From positions 47 to 64,046 of the forward strand of contig JAKFFM010000048.1 of the NCBI GenBank assembly GCA_036675075.1: a DNA stretch of 64,000 bases, written 5' to 3'. Below, piece by piece: positions 48,619-57,627 of the stretch (its first letter is position 1; the number at the start of each line of letters is the position of its first letter). The notes under the pieces were generated by a model, which made no database searches, was not told the DNA's origin, and saw only the letters and a program-made list of their open reading frames with translations. This DNA comes from Bacteroidota bacterium (GTDB taxonomy: Bacteria; Bacteroidota; Bacteroidia; JAKFFM01). The translations under genes were made by a program, and so were the position numbers.

Positions 48619-51600
48619 TTACCTGGCAATCACAACCCTGTGCACCGTACTGTTCACATCACTTTCAATATGGATGAAGTACACTCCGGCCTCAAGGTGC
48701 TGTACCGGAATGACCTTTCTGTACATTCCTGAAACAGATTCTGTCTTCACCGGAATCACTAATCTTCCATGCATGTCGTAAACAGACACTGACACTTCAT
48801 GACAGCTTTCACATTGTCCATCGATCGTTACGCTGGCAGATGCAGGGTTTGGATAGATCACGAACAGCTCTGAACTGTTCATCAGTTCCCTTACACCAAT
48901 TGCCGCACTGTCAAGGTCACCTTCGAACGTGATAAGGTCACCGCCTTTACCCGTGATATAACCACGGCTTGTACGATATGTCGCGTTGGTATTGTCATTC
49001 GTGCTGCCTTTTGAATACCTGCCCCATGACTGGCCTCTGTTGGTTGTTCTGTAGATCACACCACTGTTGGATGCAGCCCATGCCGTATCACCGGTACGTG
49101 AAACTGCCACACTGCTGAAGCTGACATCAACGCCTGCAAGTGTTACATTCCATGTAGTGCCTCCATCGACTGAAAGCAGCACAATTCCATTTTCAGCAGC
49201 GATGTATCCGGTTAAGGTATCGGCAAACGTCACCTGCTTCAGGTTGTTTGTTACACCTGGATTAACCGTGTTCCATGTGCTACCGTAATCTGTAGTTCTC
49301 AAAACTGTCCCGTTATCACCTGCTGCTGTTGCCTTTCCTGTACCTGAGATTGCGACAGACCTTAGGTTTGCTGAAGTGCCTGATGTAGCGTTAGTCCATG
49401 AAGTTCCATTCACTGTCAGCACCTTTCCATTTGAACCCACAGCATAGCCTCGTGTGTTTGTCCGCTGAACACCAATGGAATTGATCGTTTCAGTGGTTCC
49501 CGTTGTCATGGAAGACCAGCTTTGTCCACCATTCACTGATTTCAGAATAGCTCCATTCGGCCCTGTAACATACACATTGGATGCGTTGATCCACAATGCG
49601 CTTGTAAGGCCTGCAACCCCCGTAGGATAAGCATTCCAGGAATCACCGCCATTGAATGTGACCAGGCAGTTTCCATCCATTGTGGAGATGCATCCAGTGG
49701 TATCATTCGAGAAGGATATACCTGTGATATCTGAAACGGTATTTGTATTGATTGGCACATTAGGAAGAAGTCTTTCCACACGAACATAAAATGGCTTGGT
49801 CACTGTCAGTGCACAACCATTGACATTCACAGCTTGCAGAGAAACTGTTTTATATCCTATGTTGTTATATGTATGCGATGGTGACTGAACTGTTGATGTA
49901 TTGCCATCACCAAAATCCCATAGATAACTCTGGGCAGGTGCACCAGTGAAGGTAAAATTGACAAGTCCGTCGGGCAGGTATTTATTCAGATCATTTCCCG
50001 AAAAATTAAACACAGGGCTATTCAATGTGAGCGTATCAGACAATGTTCCTATTGCAGGAAGATCATCACTCACAACTCTTATCCTGAACAAATTTCCATT
50101 CGTGATGTAAGCCGGGATCACGCAGGTTACATATCCTGAAGCGGGTGATGCATTGGAACCAATCACCTTTGGATAGGCAAAACTTCCAAGGCTGTCAGAA
50201 ATCTGAGCGGTGAAAATATTGCCAGAATTATATACACCTGTTGCTGTATAATAAACTTTAATCGTGTCCTGCTTGCAAAACACGGATGGAGTGATTGAAT
50301 CCGTTGTGATCACATTATTGTTCGGAGGTGAAGTAATGATCGCGAAAACTGAATCACTCTGATCTGACACTGTCAAAGGCCCTGTTGAGCTAACCCTTAC
50401 AAGGCATGTTGGAGAGATCGTTGAAGGAACATACCAGTAAATAAAGTTATCTGTAACATTGTTTGCGATGCTGATCCAGTTCACTCCGTTATCAATCGAA
50501 TAGCTCACATCAACCGCAGGAATGTTATTGCTGTTCCAGGTGATCGAATGGTAACTGCCCGCATACCAGCTTTCTCCCCCATTCGGTGAAGTCACAGTCA
50601 CCGAAGGTGTTGAGAGGGCAATGGTAAATGTTGTATCAGAAACATCTTTCACGGTAGCATTCGCAGCATCGCTGATCCTTACTCTCGCATTAAGTGAAGG
50701 TGTAGCTGGGACATTCCAATAGTAGAATCCATTTGATGATGGTGTAGATGCAGTGATCGTCTGCCATAGCAGGTTATCAAGAGTGTACTCGATCTTTACA
50801 TTATTTACCGCTGTCGATGTCCAGTTGATATAATAAGAATTTCCTGTATAAAATGTTTCTCCTCCGTTAGGTGTGATCACCTGCAACGAAGCGACAGATG
50901 GTGTAATGGAAAAATTTGCTGCGCTTTTGGATGTCAGTGCAGAATTCAATGTCGATGTTACCCGAATCTTGCATGTGCTTGAATTGATGTTCGCAGGCAC
51001 ATTCCAGTAATAATAGTCATAGTTTGTAAGACCTGGATGTATAGTCGTCCATGAGGATTCGTTATCGGTGGTGTATTCTAGCTTCACATGCAGGATCCCG
51101 TTAGAGCTCCAGGTAATGTAATAAGCAGAACCTGCGACCAGTGTTTCACCTCCCACAGGTGCTGTTAATGTGATGGATGGACCAGAAATAGTGAATGAAT
51201 TATCACTCACATCATTAACAGAAGGATTTCCAATTTCAGAGATCCTGACCTTGCATGTACCAACCGCATTTAAAGGCACACTCCAGTTATAATACCCTGA
51301 AAGCGCACTCACCGATGATACGATGGTATTCCAGGTCAGGCCGTTGTCTTTGGTGTATTCGATCTTTACATTGGTGATCGTATTGCTTTCCCAGGTGATC
51401 GTCTTTGTTGTATTCACAGACCATACTTCACCTCCGTTAGGAGAGAGCACTTTGACAGATGCCTGTGGAATCACGAACAGGCTGTCGCTTACATCCGACA
51501 ATGTGGAGTTTGCCGCGTCAGATATCTTAACCATGCATTGTGTTGCCGGTGTAAAAGGAACGGTCCACTGAAATGCTCCGTTTGCCGCCGGAGTGCTTGG

Positions 51601-53781
51601 AGTGAGGATATTCCAGCTACCTCCATTGTTCAGGGTGTATTCGATCTTCACATTCTGAACACTCGGGCTCACCCATTGAATATAATGTGAAGAGCCTCCG
51701 CCCCATCGTTCTCCGCCATTAGGAACAGTGACAGCAATCGCTGGTTGCGGAATGGTAAACACATTAGGGCTTTGGGAAACGATCTGTGTATTGAGGTTAT
51801 CTGTTAACCTGACAAGACATTTCGGAGAAGGTGTATTCGGAACGGTCCAGTAATAGTATCCGGTAGGACCGTCTGCACTGTTATCTATCAGGTTCCAGCT
51901 TACACCGTTGTTGGTTGAATATTCAATCGTCACCTCACTGACGCTTGATGAACCCCAGCTGATATAACGCGATGTACCTACACTCCAGGACTCACCTCCA
52001 ACAGGTGATGTAATTGAAAGCGAAGGCATCGGAATAGTGAATACCGCATTGCTCACATCATACACAAGGTTGCTGGCAACATCCGTTACACGCACTAAGC
52101 ATGAAGTGGATGGCGTATAAGGAACATTCCATAAATAATATCCAATGGATCCGTTCACATTGTTCGCAATCAGGTTCCAGCTTGAACCATTGTCAGCGGA
52201 GTATTCGATCTTCACAGATGCCACACTTGGTGCACTCCAATAGATGTAGTGATTTGTGAAGGCGCTCCATGACTCTCCACCATTCGGAGTAGTCACTTCA
52301 ATTGATGGGGCAGGGATCGTCCAGACTGCATCGCTGATATCAAAGAGTGAAGGATTACCGGTCTGGCTTACCTTCATCAGGCAGGTAGTTGAATACGTTG
52401 CAGGAACAGTCCAGTAATAGTATCCACTGAAAGCACTTATAGAATCAGCGATCAGAACCCAGTTCAGCCCGTTATCAAAGGAATAGTGAAGATCAACTGA
52501 ATCAACAGAAGCTGAGGTCCAGTAGATGTATTTATTTGTTCCTGCACCCCAAACATCGAAGCCATTAGGCTGATCAACTTCCAGAGATGGAGCAGGAATG
52601 GTAAATGGATCATCGCTTACATCAAACAACCCTGGATCAGCCGAAGAACTAACTCTTACACGACACTGATTCGAGTACATGTTCGGCACATTCCAATAAT
52701 AATAGCCAATGTTTGACTGATTAGTAACGATGGAAGTCCACGTAAGACCATTATCGATTGAAAGATCAATGTCCACATTTGTAAAGCCATTTCCGTTCCA
52801 TGTGATGTAATGGTTTGATCCTGCATTCCAGATCTCGAATCCATCAGGATCGGTGACCTCGATGGTAGGTCCAACGATCGTAAACACCGCGATGCTTGTA
52901 TCACCTACCGCAGGGTTCGAAGCATCCGTGGCACGGACAAGGCATTTCGTTGACGGCGTATTCGGAACTGACCACAGGTAATACTGAGATGCGGCTGATG
53001 TTGAGCTGATGATGGTATTCCATGTTGATCCGCTGTCAGTTGAATATTCGAGCTTTACATTCTGTACGCTTTCACTGTCCCAGATAATGTATTGATTTGT
53101 AGCATATCCCCAGTTCTCTCCTCCGTCAGGATCCGTAAGGTCAACATACGGTGCAGGGATCGTAAAGGTGAAGTCACTGATATCGAACAATGCAGCATTC
53201 GATGCATCGCTGATCTTTACAAGCGCCTCACTTGAAATATCATTCGGGATCAGCCATGCATAATAACCGGTAGAACCATTGTAATTCGAAACTACAGGCT
53301 TCCATGTGCTACCATAATCCGTTGAATACTGAATGTTGATCTGTGGAACACCTGGAGAATCCCAGTAAATATATTGAGTAGTGCCTACTCCCCAGATCTC
53401 TCCGCCATTCGGATATTCAACAGTAATTGAGGGAGGATTAATTGTAAATGGAAAATCGCAAACATCATTGGTCGCGGAATTCGAAGCATCAGAAACTCTG
53501 ACCAGACAATTGGTTGATGGTGTGGAAGGAATGATCCAGTACATGTATCCTGTACCTGCATTCTCATTCGAACTAAGGACTGTCCATGATGATCCTCCAT
53601 TGACGGAGTATTCAACTTTAGCTGTCGTAAAACCTGTTGCTGTCCATTCTATATAGATTCCAGCATCAATGTTGAACGTTTCTCCTCCAACAGGTTCATC
53701 AACAGTGACTGTTTGAGAAAAGACAGAATGAAAACTAAAAAAGGCAATAAAAAAAACCAGTGTTCGTAATGATCCCAGCAT
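48619..53781 (-). CDS. Giant (1720 aa) T9SS cargo protein: ~14 tandem ~90-aa Kre9/KNH-like Ig domains, a BNR/Ycf48-like propeller region, and a T9SS C-terminal domain
   Basis: Repeat consensus GGE.W..G....I.W.S..V..VKIEYS.DNG.SW..I.........Y.W.VP...S..C.VRVSD..N....DVSD..FTI. Later GG(T/Q)SW Asp-box-like repeats. The C-terminus VIYPNPASASVTIDG...VYDMHGRLVIPVK...GVYFIHIESD is a T9SS CTD. Confidence 0.75.
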   Translation of the reverse strand: MLGSLRTLVFFIAFFSFHSVFSQTVTVDEPVGGETFNIDAGIYIEWTATGFTTAKVEYSVNGGSSWTVLSSNENAGTGYMYWIIPSTPSTNCLVRVSDASNSATNDVCDFPFTINPPSITVEYPNGGEIWGVGTTQYIYWDSPGVPQINIQYSTDYGSTWKPVVSNYNGSTGYYAWLIPNDISSEALVKISDASNAALFDISDFTFTIPAPYVDLTDPDGGENWGYATNQYIIWDSESVQNVKLEYSTDSGSTWNTIISSTSAASQYYLWSVPNTPSTKCLVRATDASNPAVGDTSIAVFTIVGPTIEVTDPDGFEIWNAGSNHYITWNGNGFTNVDIDLSIDNGLTWTSIVTNQSNIGYYYWNVPNMYSNQCRVRVSSSADPGLFDVSDDPFTIPAPSLEVDQPNGFDVWGAGTNKYIYWTSASVDSVDLHYSFDNGLNWVLIADSISAFSGYYYWTVPATYSTTCLMKVSQTGNPSLFDISDAVWTIPAPSIEVTTPNGGESWSAFTNHYIYWSAPSVASVKIEYSADNGSSWNLIANNVNGSIGYYLWNVPYTPSTSCLVRVTDVASNLVYDVSNAVFTIPMPSLSITSPVGGESWSVGTSRYISWGSSSVSEVTIEYSTNNGVSWNLIDNSADGPTGYYYWTVPNTPSPKCLVRLTDNLNTQIVSQSPNVFTIPQPAIAVTVPNGGERWGGGSSHYIQWVSPSVQNVKIEYTLNNGGSWNILTPSTPAANGAFQWTVPFTPATQCMVKISDAANSTLSDVSDSLFVIPQASVKVLSPNGGEVWSVNTTKTITWESNTITNVKIEYTKDNGLTWNTIVSSVSALSGYYNWSVPLNAVGTCKVRISEIGNPSVNDVSDNSFTISGPSITLTAPVGGETLVAGSAYYITWSSNGILHVKLEYTTDNESSWTTIHPGLTNYDYYYWNVPANINSSTCKIRVTSTLNSALTSKSAANFSITPSVASLQVITPNGGETFYTGNSYYINWTSTAVNNVKIEYTLDNLLWQTITASTPSSNGFYYWNVPATPSLNARVRISDAANATVKDVSDTTFTIALSTPSVTVTSPNGGESWYAGSYHSITWNSNNIPAVDVSYSIDNGVNWISIANNVTDNFIYWYVPSTISPTCLVRVSSTGPLTVSDQSDSVFAIITSPPNNNVITTDSITPSVFCKQDTIKVYYTATGVYNSGNIFTAQISDSLGSFAYPKVIGSNASPASGYVTCVIPAYITNGNLFRIRVVSDDLPAIGTLSDTLTLNSPVFNFSGNDLNKYLPDGLVNFTFTGAPAQSYLWDFGDGNTSTVQSPSHTYNNIGYKTVSLQAVNVNGCALTVTKPFYVRVERLLPNVPINTNTVSDITGISFSNDTTGCISTMDGNCLVTFNGGDSWNAYPTGVAGLTSALWINASNVYVTGPNGAILKSVNGGQSWSSMTTGTTETINSIGVQRTNTRGYAVGSNGKVLTVNGTSWTNATSGTSANLRSVAISGTGKATAAGDNGTVLRTTDYGSTWNTVNPGVTNNLKQVTFADTLTGYIAAENGIVLLSVDGGTTWNVTLAGVDVSFSSVAVSRTGDTAWAASNSGVIYRTTNRGQSWGRYSKGSTNDNTNATYRTSRGYITGKGGDLITFEGDLDSAAIGVRELMNSSELFVIYPNPASASVTIDGQCESCHEVSVSVYDMHGRLVIPVKTESVSGMYRKVIPVQHLEAGVYFIHIESDVNSTVHRVVIAR

Positions 53782-53916
53782 GACTTTAAATTAAGGCCGC
53801 AAAGATACAAAAAGTGGTGCTCAGCCAACATCGAAAGGATGTCTCTTCATTCTGAAACAGAAAGGTTTCCGGATTTCAGGATTAACGATTTAGAGATACT
53901 GACAAAGAATCAGGCA

Positions 53917-56900
53917 TCAGAGCCTTACTCCTATCACAAGGATGTCATCGACCTGTTCAAATTCGCCCTGCCAGCCAAGGAATGACGCAAGAAGCTGCTC
54001 TTTCTGTTCTTCAGGACTTTTATTGAAGATTGACTGAAGAAGATCCTTGAATTTCCTTGTCATGAACTTTTTACCATCCTGGCCTCCGAACTGGTCTGCA
54101 TAACCGTCAGATGCCATGTAAAATCCATCACCTTTATCGAGCTTAAAAAAATGCCTGGTAAATACTTTATCACCAGTATCTTGTAATCCTCCGATAGGAA
54201 CTTTATCTGCCTTGATTTCTTCCAGACTTCCCTGACGGATAAGATAGAGTGGCCTCATCGCAGCTGCGAATTCCAGTTCACGCGTTTCGGTGTTCAGGCG
54301 ACAAAGCGCGATGTCCATACCATCCCTGCTGTCATTCTGCTGATCCTGCTTGAGGGAGCTTCTGATCCGGATGTTCAGCTGGTTCAGAATAATGTCAGGA
54401 TGTGGCGTTTCAAGCTCAGCGACAATATCATTCAGCAAGGTGTGACCGATCATGCTCATGAATGCACCGGGTACACCATGTCCTGTGCAGTCAGCCGCTG
54501 CAATAAGCACCTCAGTTCCTCTCTGGTAGAACCAATAGAAGTCACCACTGACAATATCCCTTGGCTTGAACAGCACGAAAACTCCTGGTAGCTGGACCTT
54601 CAATTCCTCCACGACCGGAAGGATGGCCTGCTGGATCCTGCTCGCATAATTAATGCTGTCTGTGATGTCCTTATTTTTCTGGTCAACGATCAGCTTCTGA
54701 TTTTCAATCTCTTCCTTCTGCCTCACAACTTCCGCGGTACGTTCCTGCACCATCTGTTCGAGTACGATCTTGGCCTTTTTCAGTCTCCTGACACTTACCT
54801 GCACGACACCATAAACAAGGGCCAGGAATGCGATCACATAAACAATGTAGGCGTAGATGGTCCTATACCATGGAGGCAGAAGTTCAAATGTAAAAATGGA
54901 TTCTATGCTGACATTATCATAGATGTCCCGGGCCTGCAAATGCAGAACGTATTGGCCTTCCGGAAGGTTCGTGTACTGAGTCCTTGTTTCCTTTGACCAT
55001 TCCGTCCATTTCTTATCATATCCTTCGAGGTACCATCTGAAGACATTCTTTTTTTCATTGTCAAAAACCGGTGCAGCGAACTCCAGCTCGATGGAATTGT
55101 GCGAATAATCAAACTGCGGGTTGACAGGATAGCTGCTGTTATAGATAAACATCCGTCCATCCTGCATTTCACCGTTAAAAGCTCCCATGAAATAAACAGA
55201 GTCTTTACCCAATGTGATCTTACGAAAGAGCGGCGCGAAATTTTCATAAACAAAAGCCCGGGGTTGTTCATACCTGATCAATCCATCCGGCCCGCCAATC
55301 CATACGACTTCTTTTTCAGGGAAGATGCAATGGATCTCACTTTCAGAAAAATGCTTGAAAGGCTTTGAGAACCATTCGAACTTGCCAGCTGAGTTTCGAA
55401 TAGCAACACCTGTTTCCTTGATCGTTTCATTCGCAGTTGACATCCAGATCCTGTCTTCACCCTGTGGCTCAAATGCAAATATTTCCCTTGTACCATTCAC
55501 GCTGAGGCCTTTGAATCTTATATCAGGAACCAGTCTGCCCTGATTTACGTCGTAAACAAAGATGCCTTTCAGCGTGCTGATAATTACTCCGCCCTTATAT
55601 TGAAAGATGAAGTTGAAACGCGTGTCAGGTAATCCTTTTGAAGCATCAAGGTCTATGATACTTGCATTTTCCCATACGGATGACGCAGCCTGGTCGCGTA
55701 CGATATAACGTATTCCCTGGGTACGGGTACTGACAAACAAAGAGCCATCCTTGTCTTCACCCACAGTATTCACTTCAAGATCGATACCTTCCAGCAAGCC
55801 TTCATCCTGCCATCCTTTCGATGTTTTCCGTATTGCGGCGAGGCCATTGCTTGTTCCTATGAAGATTCTTGAAGGGTCGGTCACAGACGGAAACAGCTTG
55901 AATGCATTGTATTCCGCGATCATTTCAGGTTCTGTTTTACCACTCAGCAAAACACCATCGCCTGTTGCAGCAAGGAGCTTGTCATCAAAAACCAGAAGGT
56001 CACGAACCTGAGAAAAGATCCCCTGGTAAGGAGAAAAGCAGGTCGTTCCATCGCTTTCAGAATAAAATAGACCGGCGGTACCTGCAACATACAGTTTGTT
56101 GTTAAAGCGCAGAATATCCTGCACGGATCCTTTTAATCCGCTCAGGTCAGTGTAGAAACGCAGCGGCGAATTGATTTCAGCTCGTGCGATTCCATTGTCC
56201 ATGGCCATCCACAAACCATTTTGCCTGTCAACAAACAGGTATTTTATATTATCATCACGGAGTGCATTTTTTTTATTCAGCACACTCATGTACTTACCTG
56301 AAGCACCCAGAAAGCATACTCCACCACGTAGTGTCGCAAAAGCCACTGTGGTGTCATTGACTTTAACACCATGATATACCTGGTTTTCAAGAAGAAAGTC
56401 TTCTGCAGTGGAATTGAATTTTGTAAAAGCCATTGAAGAATCCTTTTGTGCAGGATCAAACAGGTACAAACCGTTTTCTCTTCCGGAAAGCAGGATGCGT
56501 CCACGTGAGTATGGAATCATTGCGTAGATCCTGTCGCTGGCGAGAAAGCCAGATCCATTCACGTAATCAAGCTTTCCCTTCCTCATGATCTTTAAGCCAA
56601 CGCCTCTGTCCATGATAAAAAGCTTACCGTTTACATGAAAGCTGAAGTGAAATGAATTTTCAGGTTTCCATGAAACAAGCGAGTCACTTTTCAGACAAAA
56701 AAGTGATTTAAATGTGCTGAAGTAAACACCCTCTGCAGTACAATAAACCTTCGCGACATCACCAAAATCCCTGTCATCAGGATGGAGCTTTGATACAAGA
56801 GATTTAAATACGGAGTTCCCATACCGGTCAGGTTCCATGTAGCCAAAATCCCCGACACCACCTGCATATAACTTACCCGTGCTGTCCACATCAAGAGAAC

Positions 56901-57150
56901 GAACAATGCTTTCGATGGAAAGCGCCGTCATGCGCCAGGTAACACCATCATACTCAAGGATTCCGGTTGAATTACCGAAATACATGACACCTCTTTTATC
57001 TTGTGTGATGCTCCAGTTATCAGTGCCACCAAGGTATTCTTTGGAACTATAATTGGTTATATAAGGTAAGCCGCAATCCTGCTGTGCGTAGAGCTTCAAC
57101 CCGAACAAGAAAAGTGAGGCAAAAAAAATGCAGCGCAGAAACATCTTCAT
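53917..57150 (-). CDS. Sensor phosphatase: two-component-regulator propeller (Y_Y_Y-type periplasmic beta-propeller) region, TM helix, SpoIIE/PP2C domain, 1077 aa
   Basis: Signal peptide. Long periplasmic region with repeated propeller-like blades (GGVCFL, GLWMAMDNGI...). Y-rich segment FRWYLEGYDKKWTEWSKETRTQYTNLPEGQY. TM helix IVYVIAFLALVYGVV. Linker KNKDITDSINYASRIQQA. PP2C motifs FVLFKPRDIVSGDFYW, AADCTGHGVPGAFMS, DGMDIALC and ASDGYADQFGG. Confidence 0.8.
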   Translation of the reverse strand: MKMFLRCIFFASLFLFGLKLYAQQDCGLPYITNYSSKEYLGGTDNWSITQDKRGVMYFGNSTGILEYDGVTWRMTALSIESIVRSLDVDSTGKLYAGGVGDFGYMEPDRYGNSVFKSLVSKLHPDDRDFGDVAKVYCTAEGVYFSTFKSLFCLKSDSLVSWKPENSFHFSFHVNGKLFIMDRGVGLKIMRKGKLDYVNGSGFLASDRIYAMIPYSRGRILLSGRENGLYLFDPAQKDSSMAFTKFNSTAEDFLLENQVYHGVKVNDTTVAFATLRGGVCFLGASGKYMSVLNKKNALRDDNIKYLFVDRQNGLWMAMDNGIARAEINSPLRFYTDLSGLKGSVQDILRFNNKLYVAGTAGLFYSESDGTTCFSPYQGIFSQVRDLLVFDDKLLAATGDGVLLSGKTEPEMIAEYNAFKLFPSVTDPSRIFIGTSNGLAAIRKTSKGWQDEGLLEGIDLEVNTVGEDKDGSLFVSTRTQGIRYIVRDQAASSVWENASIIDLDASKGLPDTRFNFIFQYKGGVIISTLKGIFVYDVNQGRLVPDIRFKGLSVNGTREIFAFEPQGEDRIWMSTANETIKETGVAIRNSAGKFEWFSKPFKHFSESEIHCIFPEKEVVWIGGPDGLIRYEQPRAFVYENFAPLFRKITLGKDSVYFMGAFNGEMQDGRMFIYNSSYPVNPQFDYSHNSIELEFAAPVFDNEKKNVFRWYLEGYDKKWTEWSKETRTQYTNLPEGQYVLHLQARDIYDNVSIESIFTFELLPPWYRTIYAYIVYVIAFLALVYGVVQVSVRRLKKAKIVLEQMVQERTAEVVRQKEEIENQKLIVDQKNKDITDSINYASRIQQAILPVVEELKVQLPGVFVLFKPRDIVSGDFYWFYQRGTEVLIAAADCTGHGVPGAFMSMIGHTLLNDIVAELETPHPDIILNQLNIRIRSSLKQDQQNDSRDGMDIALCRLNTETRELEFAAAMRPLYLIRQGSLEEIKADKVPIGGLQDTGDKVFTRHFFKLDKGDGFYMASDGYADQFGGQDGKKFMTRKFKDLLQSIFNKSPEEQKEQLLASFLGWQGEFEQVDDILVIGVRL

Positions 57151-57246
57151 TTAAGGGTTGAAATTAGGAAAAGATGTGCAGAAATGCGGCTCCTTCGTAA
57201 TGACAAAGAAGGACAGGGATGTTGAATGTTATAATATGATCACAAG

Positions 57247-57531
57247 ATGCCGCATATGTTAGCAAAGTTAAAAGGTGTTCGTCTGGAAGATGTGTATGAA
57301 GTTCTGGAACGGGATGCTGAAGCGCATGCGAAAGAAGGCATCTACCTGCAGCATTTATGGCAGAATGTTGATGATCAGGATGAAGTGCTGTTTTTATTCA
57401 GGGTAGATGATATAGAAAACGTAAAGAGTTTTATCAGCGAGGTTCATAGAAAAGCGTATGAAGAGAATCCTGATTCACATTTACCGCACATGACTTATCT
57501 GGAAGGCAAGGGTATTCTGTTTGGGTTGTGA
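57247..57531 (+). CDS. Hypothetical small protein (94 aa)
   Basis: ORF between two signalling genes. No motif recognised. Confidence 0.35.
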   Translation: MPHMLAKLKGVRLEDVYEVLERDAEAHAKEGIYLQHLWQNVDDQDEVLFLFRVDDIENVKSFISEVHRKAYEENPDSHLPHMTYLEGKGILFGL

Positions 57532-57627
57532 TGAACTGGTCGTTTAGAAACAATGATTGCCAGACCTGTCAAATTAAAAGGACAAAAAAACCCGCTCGTC
57601 AAATACAAGCCTTAATGAAGAAGATGA

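Noticed and set aside
49067-53656. Several 70-90-aa ORFs antisense or out of frame within the 1720-aa gene, and similar short ORFs within the other giant genes (38213..40145; 54400..56906)
   Set aside because: They are fully embedded in long, repeat-structured, clearly coding frames with signal peptides and CTDs, and there is no independent evidence for them.
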